A stretch of 58,702 bases of DNA from the IMG/VR virus record IMGVR_UViG_3300032243_001266, positions 1-58,702 of that record; one strand, 5' to 3'. Positions 7,504 to 17,400 of the stretch are shown here, one piece after another. Position numbers and translations under genes: made by a program. Under the pieces are notes generated by a model. The model was not told the origin of the DNA. It made no database searches and was given only the letters and a program-made list of their open reading frames with translations. Source of the DNA: a virus (lineage: Duplodnaviria; Caudoviricetes). Within the stretch, counting starts at the first letter, position 1, and each line of letters starts with the position of its first letter.

Positions 7504-7930
7504 AATATAGTTTTGACTCTTCATTACGCCTTCGCCTAAGACCTTTCTCAAATGGACTACCTTTGTTTACCCAACGAAGAAGTTCATCTTTTATTGTGGG
7601 GTCATTAGGATTTATAAAAGCTTTTTTATATAAAGTAGATTTTAATAAATTACCACATCCTACATTATAAACAAAACTCATTAGCGCGTCAAATTGATTC
7701 TGATTCAATTTCAATTTAGCCAAACAATATTCTTTATTCTTTAATTCCCAAAACATTAATTTCTCGGCATCTTCATGGGTTATTTTCTCGCCCATTTTTA
7801 TTTTTTTGCCATCTGACCACATAGTGCTTCCAAATCCAATTGTGACTTTTCCAGCCGGGCATATATATGCGTCTGTGAAAAAGCCTTCAAACTTTTTTAT
7901 TAAATTAACTGCTCTTTGTGATGTTGTCAT
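7490..7930 (-). CDS. endolysin, GH24 phage lysozyme
   Basis: IKKFEG-x-YICPAGKVTIGFGST, NQNQFDALMSFVYNVG, GLRRRRNEE. Confidence 0.95.
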   Translation of the reverse strand: MTTSQRAVNLIKKFEGFFTDAYICPAGKVTIGFGSTMWSDGKKIKMGEKITHEDAEKLMFWELKNKEYCLAKLKLNQNQFDALMSFVYNVGCGNLLKSTLYKKAFINPNDPTIKDELLRWVNKGSPFEKGLRRRRNEESKLYYEQI

Positions 7931-8481
7931 TTTCTAATTATATGTAGAATTAAAGACAATCCAAATAAAAGTAATAAAATTATTACCCACCACAATAAAT
8001 TGATTCGTTTTACGTTGGCGGATTCATAGTCACTTCTCAGCCCATTTATTTCAAAATCTTTTGATTGAATTAAAGCCGTATCTTTTACTTTATACGTTTT
8101 ATAAACAATCGGAATCTGCCTATTTAATGTTTCCTGGAGTCCTTCAATAAATTTATAAGAATCTTTAAGTTCGTTTTTTAATTTAGATATTTTAGTAAGA
8201 CAATCATTGTCTCTTAAATAAACCGTATCATTTAATACTTTATCAATAGTATCTTTTTTGATGATTATTTTTTTATTCAATGAATCAATGATAACTTGCC
8301 ATCTTACTTTTTCTATTGTATCAATTCGTATAATTGAAGAATCGCATGGATAGTTTTTGGCGACAAACTTTGTAACAACTTCTGGATGTTTTAGCTGAGC
8401 CTCAATTAAATCACGCTGGGCTTGTCTTTCAGAATAACAACCAAAAACCAAAAATAAAAATACAAACAATAAATATTTCAT
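7927..8481 (-). CDS. putative unimolecular spanin
   Basis: N-terminal lipobox (FLVFG|C) plus C-terminal TM (LLWWVIILLLLFGLSLIL); lies between holin and endolysin. Confidence 0.7.
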   Translation of the reverse strand: MKYLLFVFLFLVFGCYSERQAQRDLIEAQLKHPEVVTKFVAKNYPCDSSIIRIDTIEKVRWQVIIDSLNKKIIIKKDTIDKVLNDTVYLRDNDCLTKISKLKNELKDSYKFIEGLQETLNRQIPIVYKTYKVKDTALIQSKDFEINGLRSDYESANVKRINLLWWVIILLLLFGLSLILHIIRK

Positions 8482-8705
8482 TTTGATTCTTTTGACAAAA
8501 ACGAACCTTCACTATTTGATAAATAATTCTTGATGATATAAGCAAGTGCAGCCGTTAATGATGTAGTTGCAATTTGTTTCCAATTAAAAACCAATTCTCC
8601 GGAATCCATTGTATTATAAAGAAAAGTAACCAATGCAGTTAAAATAGCAACAATCAATCCTTTAAAAAAATCTTGAATGTTCAATGATGCAAATGCTGAT
8701 TTCAT
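8478..8705 (-). CDS. putative holin
   Basis: 75 aa, two TM segments, in lysis cassette. Confidence 0.7.
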   Translation of the reverse strand: MKSAFASLNIQDFFKGLIVAILTALVTFLYNTMDSGELVFNWKQIATTSLTAALAYIIKNYLSNSEGSFLSKESK

Positions 8706-8842
8706 AATTTATCGTTTTGATTTAAAAAATATAAAAAAATTATACAAGACAAATAGGCTATAAATCTAATCCAAATCTCATCTACAAAATAGATACAAAG
8801 CATTACAATAAATGCGGCATATATATAATCTTCACGATTCAA
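8702..8842 (-). CDS. small membrane protein (46 aa, TTG start, not in ORF track)
   Basis: MNREDYIYAAFIVMLCIYFVDEIWIRFIAYLSCIIFLYFLNQNDKL; overlaps both neighbours, stop forms ATGA with holin start. Confidence 0.5.
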   Translation of the reverse strand: MNREDYIYAAFIVMLCIYFVDEIWIRFIAYLSCIIFLYFLNQNDKL

Positions 8843-9041
8843 GTTTTTGTATTCTAATTTCGTGATCTTTCAAATCATCTTTTATTACCTCAATATCTTT
8901 TTTAAACCCTACATCAGAAAGCAATATGGATTGTACTATTTTTTCAAATTTGTCAAGTCTTGATATAAATAATTTCGCAACAAAAACTATTAATCCTATA
9001 ACAACTCCGATTAATAAATTTGTTAATTCTCCATTACTCAT
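8832..9041 (-). CDS. single-TM plus coiled-coil lysis-associated protein (holin/antiholin-like)
   Basis: N-terminal TM, C-terminal DHEIRIQKLE coil; first gene of lysis cassette. Confidence 0.6.
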   Translation of the reverse strand: MSNGELTNLLIGVVIGLIVFVAKLFISRLDKFEKIVQSILLSDVGFKKDIEVIKDDLKDHEIRIQKLES

Positions 9042-9164
9042 TTTTTTAATTTTATGTGCTTATTAAAATTAACTACATTTTTGGATTTATTTTGACAATT
9101 TGAACATTTTTTTTACCATTAATAATTAATTTATATTGGCTTTTTAGCGAAATTAAATTACTAA

Positions 9165-12100
9165 TTATTGCGAATACGCTTTGGTAAGTGTCATCAAAGT
9201 ACTTGCATAAATGGTAGCAGTATTTGATGTGACGGTTGCCCCTTGCAAAATTACGTTACCGGGGGTAGAGCTTGTCACTAAAATTCCTTCAATCCTAAAT
9301 GGAACCTCAGTAGCTACAGCAGTAGAGAATCCAGTTGATGGATATAAAGTATTTATAGCAGTTATAAATGCGTTTTGAATTGTATTCAAGGCGTTTGCTC
9401 CATAACTAAAATTGGCTTTTATAGTAGTTCCTGCGGGAGCTGAGATACTTACTTTTAAACCAGTAGCAGATGTAGCTTTTGATGCAGATCCGTTAATCAT
9501 TATCCTATAAGCAGTATTAGCTGCTACTGCTATGGATAGATTTGTACTAACCGCAGTAGTACTTGATGTTGTAAAGTCAGATCCTAAATAAGCTATTGTA
9601 GGTACACTTTGAACATAATTAGCAAGCATAGCTGCCGTATCAGATATGTTCAATTTTAGGTTTATTCTATTGCTCAAAGATGCGGTATCCGTCTTTCTTA
9701 GATATTTACTAAGCATGGTAGCCGTGTCGCTAATATTTACTTTTAAGTTTATTCTATTGCTCAAGGATGCCGTATCTACCTTTCTTAAATATGGACTAAG
9801 CATAGTTGCGGTATCTCCTGGTCCAATCTTACTATTAAATGTAGTCCAATTTGCTGATGACAAAGCACCTCTATTTGTAGCTGATGCTGTAGGTAAATTA
9901 AATGTATGGGAAGTGCCTGTAGACACTATCTTAAAATCAGTACTATCTGTTCCCGTTACCATTGTTTGTGCTGATCCTGTAAGCGAATTAATAGCGGTAA
10001 TTCCCGTGCCTGCCAATATACCAGCTTGTTGAGTAATTGTAAAAATTGTAGATTGTACAGCAGGATGAACTAATGGTGTAGTTTGTGAAGCTTCTGCTCT
10101 TATGCTCATGTTGATATCTGCACTTCCCCAATATAATTCTATTGTATCTCCAGCTACTAATTGAATAACATAATTCCATGCTGCCATCATATATGCTGGG
10201 TTATTACCTTGTAAAGATATTACTCCAGCACTTGCAGTTATATCAGTTCCATTTTTTCTTAGCCAAAAATTCACATAATCAACACCTGCATCTGATTTAT
10301 CCATTTGAGAAGAAAATTGCAAATTGTAAATACCCGTATTAGCACATACAATTTGAGAAGTCATTGTTCCTGTATATGTAGCAGATGTTTTAAGTTGAGA
10401 AACTGAAACTTCGTAAGTACCTATTCCCCCACTGCCAGATATAAATGCCGATATGAAAGTCCCTGCGGTTATACTGCCGTTTGTTAATACCATTCCTACC
10501 TTAATCTTACCAGATGTTAATGATGTTACATTTAAAGTAGTTCCTGCACCAGCACCTCCATTATTAATAGTACCTACAAATACCGCAGTTTGTGTATTAA
10601 GAGAAAACCCGTTGGCTAAGTCTGTTGTATTAAATTTTACTGCTCTTGGTGTATTTGCTGTTGGATTGTCTTGTGTAGTGCTATCTGATATTGATAAATA
10701 ATATCCGCTTGCAGGAGGATTAGTTCCCACACTATCTTTTATAGCATATCTTGTATTCCCTATGTAGTAAATGATTGAATCCTTACCTAATGTTCTTGTT
10801 ATGTTATTTACCCATTTGTTTGTAGTATCTATTTTTCTTAGGTATGGACTAAGCATAGACGATGTATCTGAAATATTCAATTTCAAGTTTATTCTATTGC
10901 TTAATGATGCGGTATCTACTTTCCTCAAATAAGGACTAAGCATGGAAGATGTATCAGATATGCGAACATACTTTCCCGACAATCCACTAACTGATGTATC
11001 AGCTATCAAAGTTCCACTTGTTGTAATAGTTCCTCCACTTAATCCATATCCAGTAGCTACAGATGTAACTGTACCAGACCCTGTTGAAATAGTTATATTG
11101 CCCGTTGAATCTGGAGAGTTGCCATTAATTTTTGCTATTAATGTTCCTGTTGTATTGGGAAGTGTTAGTGTATTATTTGTAAGTGTATTGGGCGGCTGTA
11201 CATAAAATGTAGTCCCACCACCGCTTAATTTTTTAAAGAAAAGTTTTTCTGATGTTGCTCTGAACTCTTTATCCAAGTCAGATGAAGATAACTTTAATAT
11301 TGGCAATAGCTTATTGATATAAGTAGTTTTGTCAAATTCAAGTGTAGCGTAGTTGGTTGTAAATCTTTTTTCAAGTCCCACAAAATATGGAGATGTTGAT
11401 CCCCTAATTGAGTCCTTTGAACTTAATACGGCTACGGTATTTGCGCTTGCGCCTGTGTTTACACTATCAATAATGAGAACTGATTTTTGATAAGAAAGAT
11501 TCCCTTTATTTAGAACAGTTTGTAAATTTGGCACTAATGTTATTGTAGCGCTTATATTATTTTTTTTAACTGAAAATGTTGTATCTGTTAAAGCGGTAAC
11601 TGATTGTACATATTTAGAGCTATCAGCAGCTCTCATATATCTATTATTAAGTGTGATTGTATCCGCTGATATTGTACCACTTGTCGTTATTGGATTTGGT
11701 GATGCGATAATTCCATATCCTTGAGATATGCTTGTAACTGTTCCGTTTCCACCTCCTGCATCTCCATAATAAAGATATTTCGTTATAGTATCAAGTAATA
11801 AATATTTTTTAGCGCCTGCGCTTCCTCTCACTATTCCGGAACTTGGTATTCTCATTCTTACTGAATTGAATGTAATGAAGTCAAGTTCTTTTTGATCAAT
11901 ATTTCCAATATAAGGAGGTATGGCATCTGTATTCCCGCCAACAAGCCAAGAGTTTCCACCGCCGCCGCCAGATTGAGATAAATTAATCCACTTGGTTGCG
12001 CTTGCGTTTCTCATATACAAACTATCTCCAACTCTAATTACAGCGCCAGCGTAATTTTTACCATAAGGAGAAATGTTGGCTTTAGCTGTATCTGAATAGT

Positions 12101-12254
12101 ATGGAACAATAAATGAGCTATCAGCCTTGAATCCACCTCTTGAAGTTACAAGTGTGGTTGGCGCACCAATGGTTTGATTAATTGGATATTGCGGTTGGGC
12201 ATAGCAAATTGCACTAATTGTCATTAATGCTAACGCAAGTAATAATCTTTTCAT
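9165..12254 (-). CDS. tail-fibre-like S/T/G-rich repeat protein with N-terminal signal peptide
   Basis: GTVTS-x-GYG-x-ITTSGT repeats, DTAxMLSPYLRK repeats, position between tail and lysis genes; MKRLLLALALMTISAICYA|Q N-terminus. Confidence 0.7.
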   Translation of the reverse strand: MKRLLLALALMTISAICYAQPQYPINQTIGAPTTLVTSRGGFKADSSFIVPYYSDTAKANISPYGKNYAGAVIRVGDSLYMRNASATKWINLSQSGGGGGNSWLVGGNTDAIPPYIGNIDQKELDFITFNSVRMRIPSSGIVRGSAGAKKYLLLDTITKYLYYGDAGGGNGTVTSISQGYGIIASPNPITTSGTISADTITLNNRYMRAADSSKYVQSVTALTDTTFSVKKNNISATITLVPNLQTVLNKGNLSYQKSVLIIDSVNTGASANTVAVLSSKDSIRGSTSPYFVGLEKRFTTNYATLEFDKTTYINKLLPILKLSSSDLDKEFRATSEKLFFKKLSGGGTTFYVQPPNTLTNNTLTLPNTTGTLIAKINGNSPDSTGNITISTGSGTVTSVATGYGLSGGTITTSGTLIADTSVSGLSGKYVRISDTSSMLSPYLRKVDTASLSNRINLKLNISDTSSMLSPYLRKIDTTNKWVNNITRTLGKDSIIYYIGNTRYAIKDSVGTNPPASGYYLSISDSTTQDNPTANTPRAVKFNTTDLANGFSLNTQTAVFVGTINNGGAGAGTTLNVTSLTSGKIKVGMVLTNGSITAGTFISAFISGSGGIGTYEVSVSQLKTSATYTGTMTSQIVCANTGIYNLQFSSQMDKSDAGVDYVNFWLRKNGTDITASAGVISLQGNNPAYMMAAWNYVIQLVAGDTIELYWGSADINMSIRAEASQTTPLVHPAVQSTIFTITQQAGILAGTGITAINSLTGSAQTMVTGTDSTDFKIVSTGTSHTFNLPTASATNRGALSSANWTTFNSKIGPGDTATMLSPYLRKVDTASLSNRINLKVNISDTATMLSKYLRKTDTASLSNRINLKLNISDTAAMLANYVQSVPTIAYLGSDFTTSSTTAVSTNLSIAVAANTAYRIMINGSASKATSATGLKVSISAPAGTTIKANFSYGANALNTIQNAFITAINTLYPSTGFSTAVATEVPFRIEGILVTSSTPGNVILQGATVTSNTATIYASTLMTLTKAYSQ
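9630..9815 (-). repeat. intragenic peptide repeat cluster 2
   Basis: DTATMLSPYLRKVDTASLSNRINLKVNIS / DTATMLSKYLRKTDTASLSNRINLKLNIS / DTAAML. Confidence 0.85.
10820..10960 (-). repeat. intragenic peptide repeat cluster 1
   Basis: DTSSMLSPYLRKVDTASLSNRINLKLNIS / DTSSMLSPYLRKIDTT. Confidence 0.85.
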
Positions 12255-12261
12255 AAAAAAA

Positions 12262-12675
12262 TTAAATAAATGGATATAATTGAAAAAGCTCTCCGGTTAC
12301 AGCTGCGGGATTACAAGTGAATATACCCGTAGTTTTATTCCATGAGAAATAAGATGCCCCAGTATTTATTATTGATTGAGGCACATTATTTCTTACGAAT
12401 AAAAGATTGTAACCTATGAATGTTGGTATGGTAACCGTGCTTTGTCCATTAACCATGAATGAAGAACCAGATACTTCAAATTCAATTGGATTAGGCGTTG
12501 CGCCTGGGTTTATTGGAACTACCGACCCACCACCCGTGCCGGTTATTATGAATTGACCTTCTAAGGCAAACTTACCACAAAGCCAATACAAATAATTAGC
12601 AACACCTCTCGCAGTAGGATTTTGGAAAGATGTTACTCCGTCTGTAAATGCAGTTGTACTTACTTGTAGTGACAT
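12262..12675 (-). CDS. putative virion structural protein
   Basis: 137 aa, beta-rich C-terminal part, in tail block. Confidence 0.6.
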   Translation of the reverse strand: MSLQVSTTAFTDGVTSFQNPTARGVANYLYWLCGKFALEGQFIITGTGGGSVVPINPGATPNPIEFEVSGSSFMVNGQSTVTIPTFIGYNLLFVRNNVPQSIINTGASYFSWNKTTGIFTCNPAAVTGELFQLYPFI

Positions 12676-12685
12676 TTTTTATTTA

Positions 12686-13384
12686 TTATGGGTAAATTCT
12701 AATTTCTATTGTTGCTTTAAAAAGCAAATCATTTGTATCCGTATCGGTAGATGTTTTTTTGGATTTCAATGTTATTTGAGATGAACTATTTCTTTCCCAT
12801 CCAAGCGAAACGCCAGCATTAACGCCAAATCCGGTTGGCATATAACCTGGAGTTAAAAACACAGCAATTTTATTATTTGTCCAAGCAGCACTTGAAAATA
12901 TTGTGTAATTGCCAGCAGAAGTATATCCAAATGTAGGAGTAAAACCCAAGGTATTTACAAGCGTATAGTCAATAGTTGGGGCATTTGTACCAGTTTGGCT
13001 TATCACCGCTGTATAAACACCATATCCCAAATTAACTATTGGATTTCTTGGGTCTGTGCTATCAACAGAAAGTGTGCTACTGATTATAGATTGCACAATA
13101 CCTCCGGTTAAATCCCAATTAGATCCATTATATTGATATATTTCGTCAGTATCGGTTGAAATATAAATAGATCCTGTTGTCTCAGCAAGTGGACGATTAG
13201 AAAAAATATCAGAGGCTATTTGAGGAGTTCCTTGAGCATTCAAAACCGAGTTCTCATTAGCCAATACAGCAATGTCTGAAGTAGTTATTTTTACTGTTGT
13301 TGCGCCTTGATCTACTGGTATTAATTCAGAACCATCCAATGGTGTTGTACCGGCGGGTAATTGGTTTATTTGAACGTTAGCCAT
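12686..13384 (-). CDS. putative fibre/spike protein
   Basis: N-terminal MANVQINQLP...ELIPVDQGATTVK motif typical of phage fibre N-termini; S/T/G-rich. Confidence 0.65.
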   Translation of the reverse strand: MANVQINQLPAGTTPLDGSELIPVDQGATTVKITTSDIAVLANENSVLNAQGTPQIASDIFSNRPLAETTGSIYISTDTDEIYQYNGSNWDLTGGIVQSIISSTLSVDSTDPRNPIVNLGYGVYTAVISQTGTNAPTIDYTLVNTLGFTPTFGYTSAGNYTIFSSAAWTNNKIAVFLTPGYMPTGFGVNAGVSLGWERNSSSQITLKSKKTSTDTDTNDLLFKATIEIRIYP

Positions 13385-13386
13385 AT

Positions 13387-13926
13387 TTATTGCGTTATTA
13401 GGTTGAGATTATTTTGGGTTATTATTACTTCATCTAATTCGGTAGAAATAAAATACACATCAGTTATCACGCAGTTGGGAGATATTCCATTTATCAAAGC
13501 CCCAAGCCCTTCTGGAGCTTCTATTGTAATTACATTGTTTACATTTGTTATTACATAACCATAAGAGTTCAATGCAAGTTCTGCTGCTAAATTTGCGGCA
13601 GTCAAATTAATTGTTGTATCAGATGCGCTTATTGTATATGTACCAAGCGAAATGTTGCCTTGAATTGGGTCATTAATATAAACCGTTATTGTTTGCCCCT
13701 CATCTCCTATTGTATCTATTGATATGGTTGCCGTAGCTCTTACCTCTGTAATGTCTGGGAATCCAGCCCAATTCCATCTCAGAGCATCTGTAACAGTAGC
13801 TATTGTAGTTGCAGCTGTATATGTTTTCCTTGGACCAAACAAAGAGCCATCTGCTTGATAATTCAAGGCAAGAGGCGTGCTTATATCGCCCAAGTCAATT
13901 ATATCTGGTATTGATAGTTGTGCCAT
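13387..13926 (-). CDS. putative virion structural protein
   Basis: 179 aa, beta-rich, ends in ISTELDEVIITQNNLNLITQ. Confidence 0.6.
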   Translation of the reverse strand: MAQLSIPDIIDLGDISTPLALNYQADGSLFGPRKTYTAATTIATVTDALRWNWAGFPDITEVRATATISIDTIGDEGQTITVYINDPIQGNISLGTYTISASDTTINLTAANLAAELALNSYGYVITNVNNVITIEAPEGLGALINGISPNCVITDVYFISTELDEVIITQNNLNLITQ

Positions 13927-14444
13927 TAGAAGAAATAAGCTTGGTTTTGTGCCATATTTGTTGCCCTATTCAAACACGCTTGCGATGCAAATATATCATT
14001 TCCAATTTCAACTGAATTTATTGCTCCAATTATATTAGTCCAAAATATTCCCACATTGCCCCAATAGTTGTTGTCTTGGATAATGTTATATGTCTGCGAT
14101 TGCAACTGAATTAAATAGTAAAGAAATTGCTTGTTGAACTCGCTAAAACAATAGTTATTATTAAGCTCATACAAAATGTTATTTGAAGCATCTAACCATT
14201 CAACTCTTATATTCGCTGCCGTATCTTGTGTCAAGATGTTTAAAGATATTGGATTATCAACTAAAGGCCATTCAATGTAATTAGTTGTAGTTCCAGATGG
14301 CACTATGTAGTTTCCAAAACAATCCGTAATGTATATTCTTCTTGAATCAATAGCACCATCGCTTCCTGTACTTGTATCTGTGATAATTACAAACGCCGGA
14401 TTAGCTGATGTTTGAGCTACTGTAAAATTTTGTGAGAATGGCAT
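13926..14444 (-). CDS. putative tail structural protein
   Basis: 172 aa, first gene behind promoter at 14461. Confidence 0.6.
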   Translation of the reverse strand: MPFSQNFTVAQTSANPAFVIITDTSTGSDGAIDSRRIYITDCFGNYIVPSGTTTNYIEWPLVDNPISLNILTQDTAANIRVEWLDASNNILYELNNNYCFSEFNKQFLYYLIQLQSQTYNIIQDNNYWGNVGIFWTNIIGAINSVEIGNDIFASQACLNRATNMAQNQAYFF

Positions 14445-14460
14445 TTTTATAGGTGTTTAG

Positions 14461-14468
14461 CAAATATA
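14461..14468 (-). promoter_or_regulatory. Bacteroidota -7 promoter box
   Basis: TATATTTG on - strand upstream of ORF ending at 14444. Confidence 0.5.
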
Positions 14469-14469
14469 A

Positions 14470-17400
14470 TTAATCTTCTGGTTCTTGTGAAGAATTATTG
14501 TTTAGAATATATTGAGCAGCTGCGTTGACTCCCGCGTCCTCTGAATCATTTGAAGTTGCCTGCGTAGTATTGTTACCTTGTGGCTTCTCTTTTTCTTCTG
14601 GCGGAGGTCCTTGGAATCCATTGCCTTCAAGTTGAAGCATTTGATCTGGGGTAAATTCAGAAAGCTTAAGTTCTTTGGTATAAAGTCTTTTATTTTTTTG
14701 TTTAGACAATGTTTCCATTGCTTTCATTTTTCTTTCTTTACCAAACAATTCAGCTTGAGCATATTCTGGATGAACTTGAATAAATTGAGAATATCCTGCT
14801 TCGCGAGCTATTTGATATAATTGATTACAAGCTTCTGCTTGTTGCTTCAAATTAAGTTGTGTAAATTTTTTGGCACTTTTTTTAACCTTTATTTGATTAA
14901 AATCTTCAGCATAAGCATCAATTATTTTTTTATCTTGTTCGTTTGCCGCTTCCCTCAAATCATTTCTATCTGATGATTTAGCAACTTGGAAATCTTTTAT
15001 TTTATATTTTTTAGCCAAATCATTTAAATCAGTTTTTATTTTTTCAAAATATTGTTCGGCATCCTTTCCTTTATATCTTGGGTCATTGGCTACATCATCG
15101 CCAAACTTATACTCAGCTACATAAAATGGCACAACGTCATAAATAAATGGAGATATTAATTTTTTTCTATTTTGACCAATTAATATATCTAAATCTCTTT
15201 TTTCTTGTGTTTTTAATTCAACGTCTTTGCCATTTACTTTTAATTTATTATCCTCTGGCATTGGGAAAAATCTATCGTCTTGTGTTTGTTGGTATTTGTC
15301 AAACAAAATTGCTCCAAATTTATCACCTACTCCTCCTTCAAATCCCAAAAGTGTATTGACCATGCCCATCGCACTTACATCTTTTTTTATAGGCTCTCCC
15401 CACATTGAAACTCTTTGAGGAGGTCCTCCAGCAAAATATCTAAGTACTGCATTTCTTTGTTTCTGATTATTCAATATTTTATCATAAGCATTATCCGCAT
15501 TATTATTAGCTTCATAAGGAAGCATAGCTTTACTTATTGCTGCATAAGTTCCTCCTGTCATTATATTCCCAAATCCATTTGCAACAGATGTGAAGTAATT
15601 ACTTCCTTTATCTTTAGACATAAAAGCATTTATTACACTTGTACCATTATCAATGGCCAATGTATTCAATGCTCCCATTGCTGATTCTTGAAAATCATCT
15701 AATAAAGGAAAATCTCCAGGTTCTTCTCCTTTTGATTTTCTTTCTTTTTCTCTTTCTACATTTTTTGTTTCTATATCCATTGTAGAACCAAGAGGACCAA
15801 ACCAGCCAAGATCAACCCAAAAATCACTTCCGCCAAGCATTTTGCCTAAGTTTAATTGATTCATTTTGGAATAAAATCTTTCACCTTGCATTACTCTTCT
15901 TTTTTCATCAGCAGAAAGACTTGAATGTACCAATCCATTTTGTTGTAAATAAGGCGCTGCAATATATCTAAATCCATATCCAACGGCTGCGGTAGCTGCT
16001 GAATCTTTTGCTTTTTCAGTATATTCTCTTGCTTTTGCCTTGTCACCTTTTCTTGCGGCTTGAAAAGCCATTCTTGAGTAATTGGCAGATTCAGCCAATG
16101 ATAATTCTGGGAATGTCAATTTTAAACCAGTCCACATTACATTGCTATAAATTTTTGTAAATGGAAATGTTGTTGTCATTACAACATCAGCAGCAAGTCC
16201 GCCTTTTTCTTTAGCACCCTTTCTTAGTCCACCAAGCATTTGGGTAAGCATATTTTCTTGTTCCATTACAGCTCTACTTCCTGCTTCATTAATTCTATTT
16301 TCTACTTCTTTCGCTTTAGCTTCTGCATCTTTGGCTTCTACTCCATCGGCAATAAATTTCTTATATGCCATCTTAAATGGAGACTCTATAAATGCTTGTA
16401 TTTGATTTTCTTCTATAAAACCTAATTCTTGAAATGCTATTTGAGCAGCTTTAGCCCATTGAGCACCAGAACGAGCTGGCATATCACCAAAAGCCAATGC
16501 TCTTAAAATAAAATCACTTTGTCTTGCTACCCATGACTTTCTAACCCACGCATCAACAACTTCTTTTGTAGTCATAAATTTCTCACCCTTCTTCCAAAGC
16601 TGATAATCACGAAGCGCTTTACCAGGAGATAATGAACTTTGATAACTTGTTGTTCCAAAGAAATCTCCGCCTGGATGCCCTGTTTTAAACTTTAAAAAAC
16701 CCTTACGCACTCCGCCGCCTGTTCCAGAAAAATAATATTTTTGAGCAATGGCTAAATTAGTTGTTGGTTTGTAAACGCCAGTCAACCCTAATTTATTTGT
16801 AATTTTTGATCCTCCATAAAGAGCAAGTTCAGCAGCTTGTTTTACTGATGATGTACTAAATCTTATTGCTTGATATGCCAAGTTTTGGATAGGGTTTTTG
16901 ACCAAAGTAAAAATAGACATCAACCCACCTTTCCACATACTTGCAAATGTTCCTCCAAGGTCCGCTTCTCTATGAAGCATATTCAAAAGCTCTACTTCGG
17001 CTTTTACTGATTCTTCTTTTGCTTTTCTTAATTTATCTATATTCTCTCTTGTTGGGTCTTTTACCATCTCATCTTCTACCTTCGCTACATTGTTTATTAT
17101 ATCGGTAAGTTTTTCAATTTTTGTAACCATGTCTGGTGACAAATCTCTGAATCCCATAACATCGGCAACAATTTTTCTAAATTCTTCTTTCTGCAATCCA
17201 CCAGATTCGGCTATCTTTTTTATACTTCTCCTTACTATTTCTCTTAATTTTTCTTTATCAATTCCTTTGGCTCTTCTCTGAAATTCATCTAAGAATTGCT
17301 GTGCTTTCTTTTTCTGCCATTCTGGAGATTGTTTTTTTGCTTCATCATATTCGGCTTTTACTTTATCTAATTCGTCTTTTGCGGCTTGCTCTTGTTCATT

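Noticed and set aside
9630-10960. Diversity-generating retroelement template/variable repeats in the fibre gene
   Set aside because: Repeats are in-frame peptide repeats with mostly synonymous differences, and no reverse transcriptase was seen.
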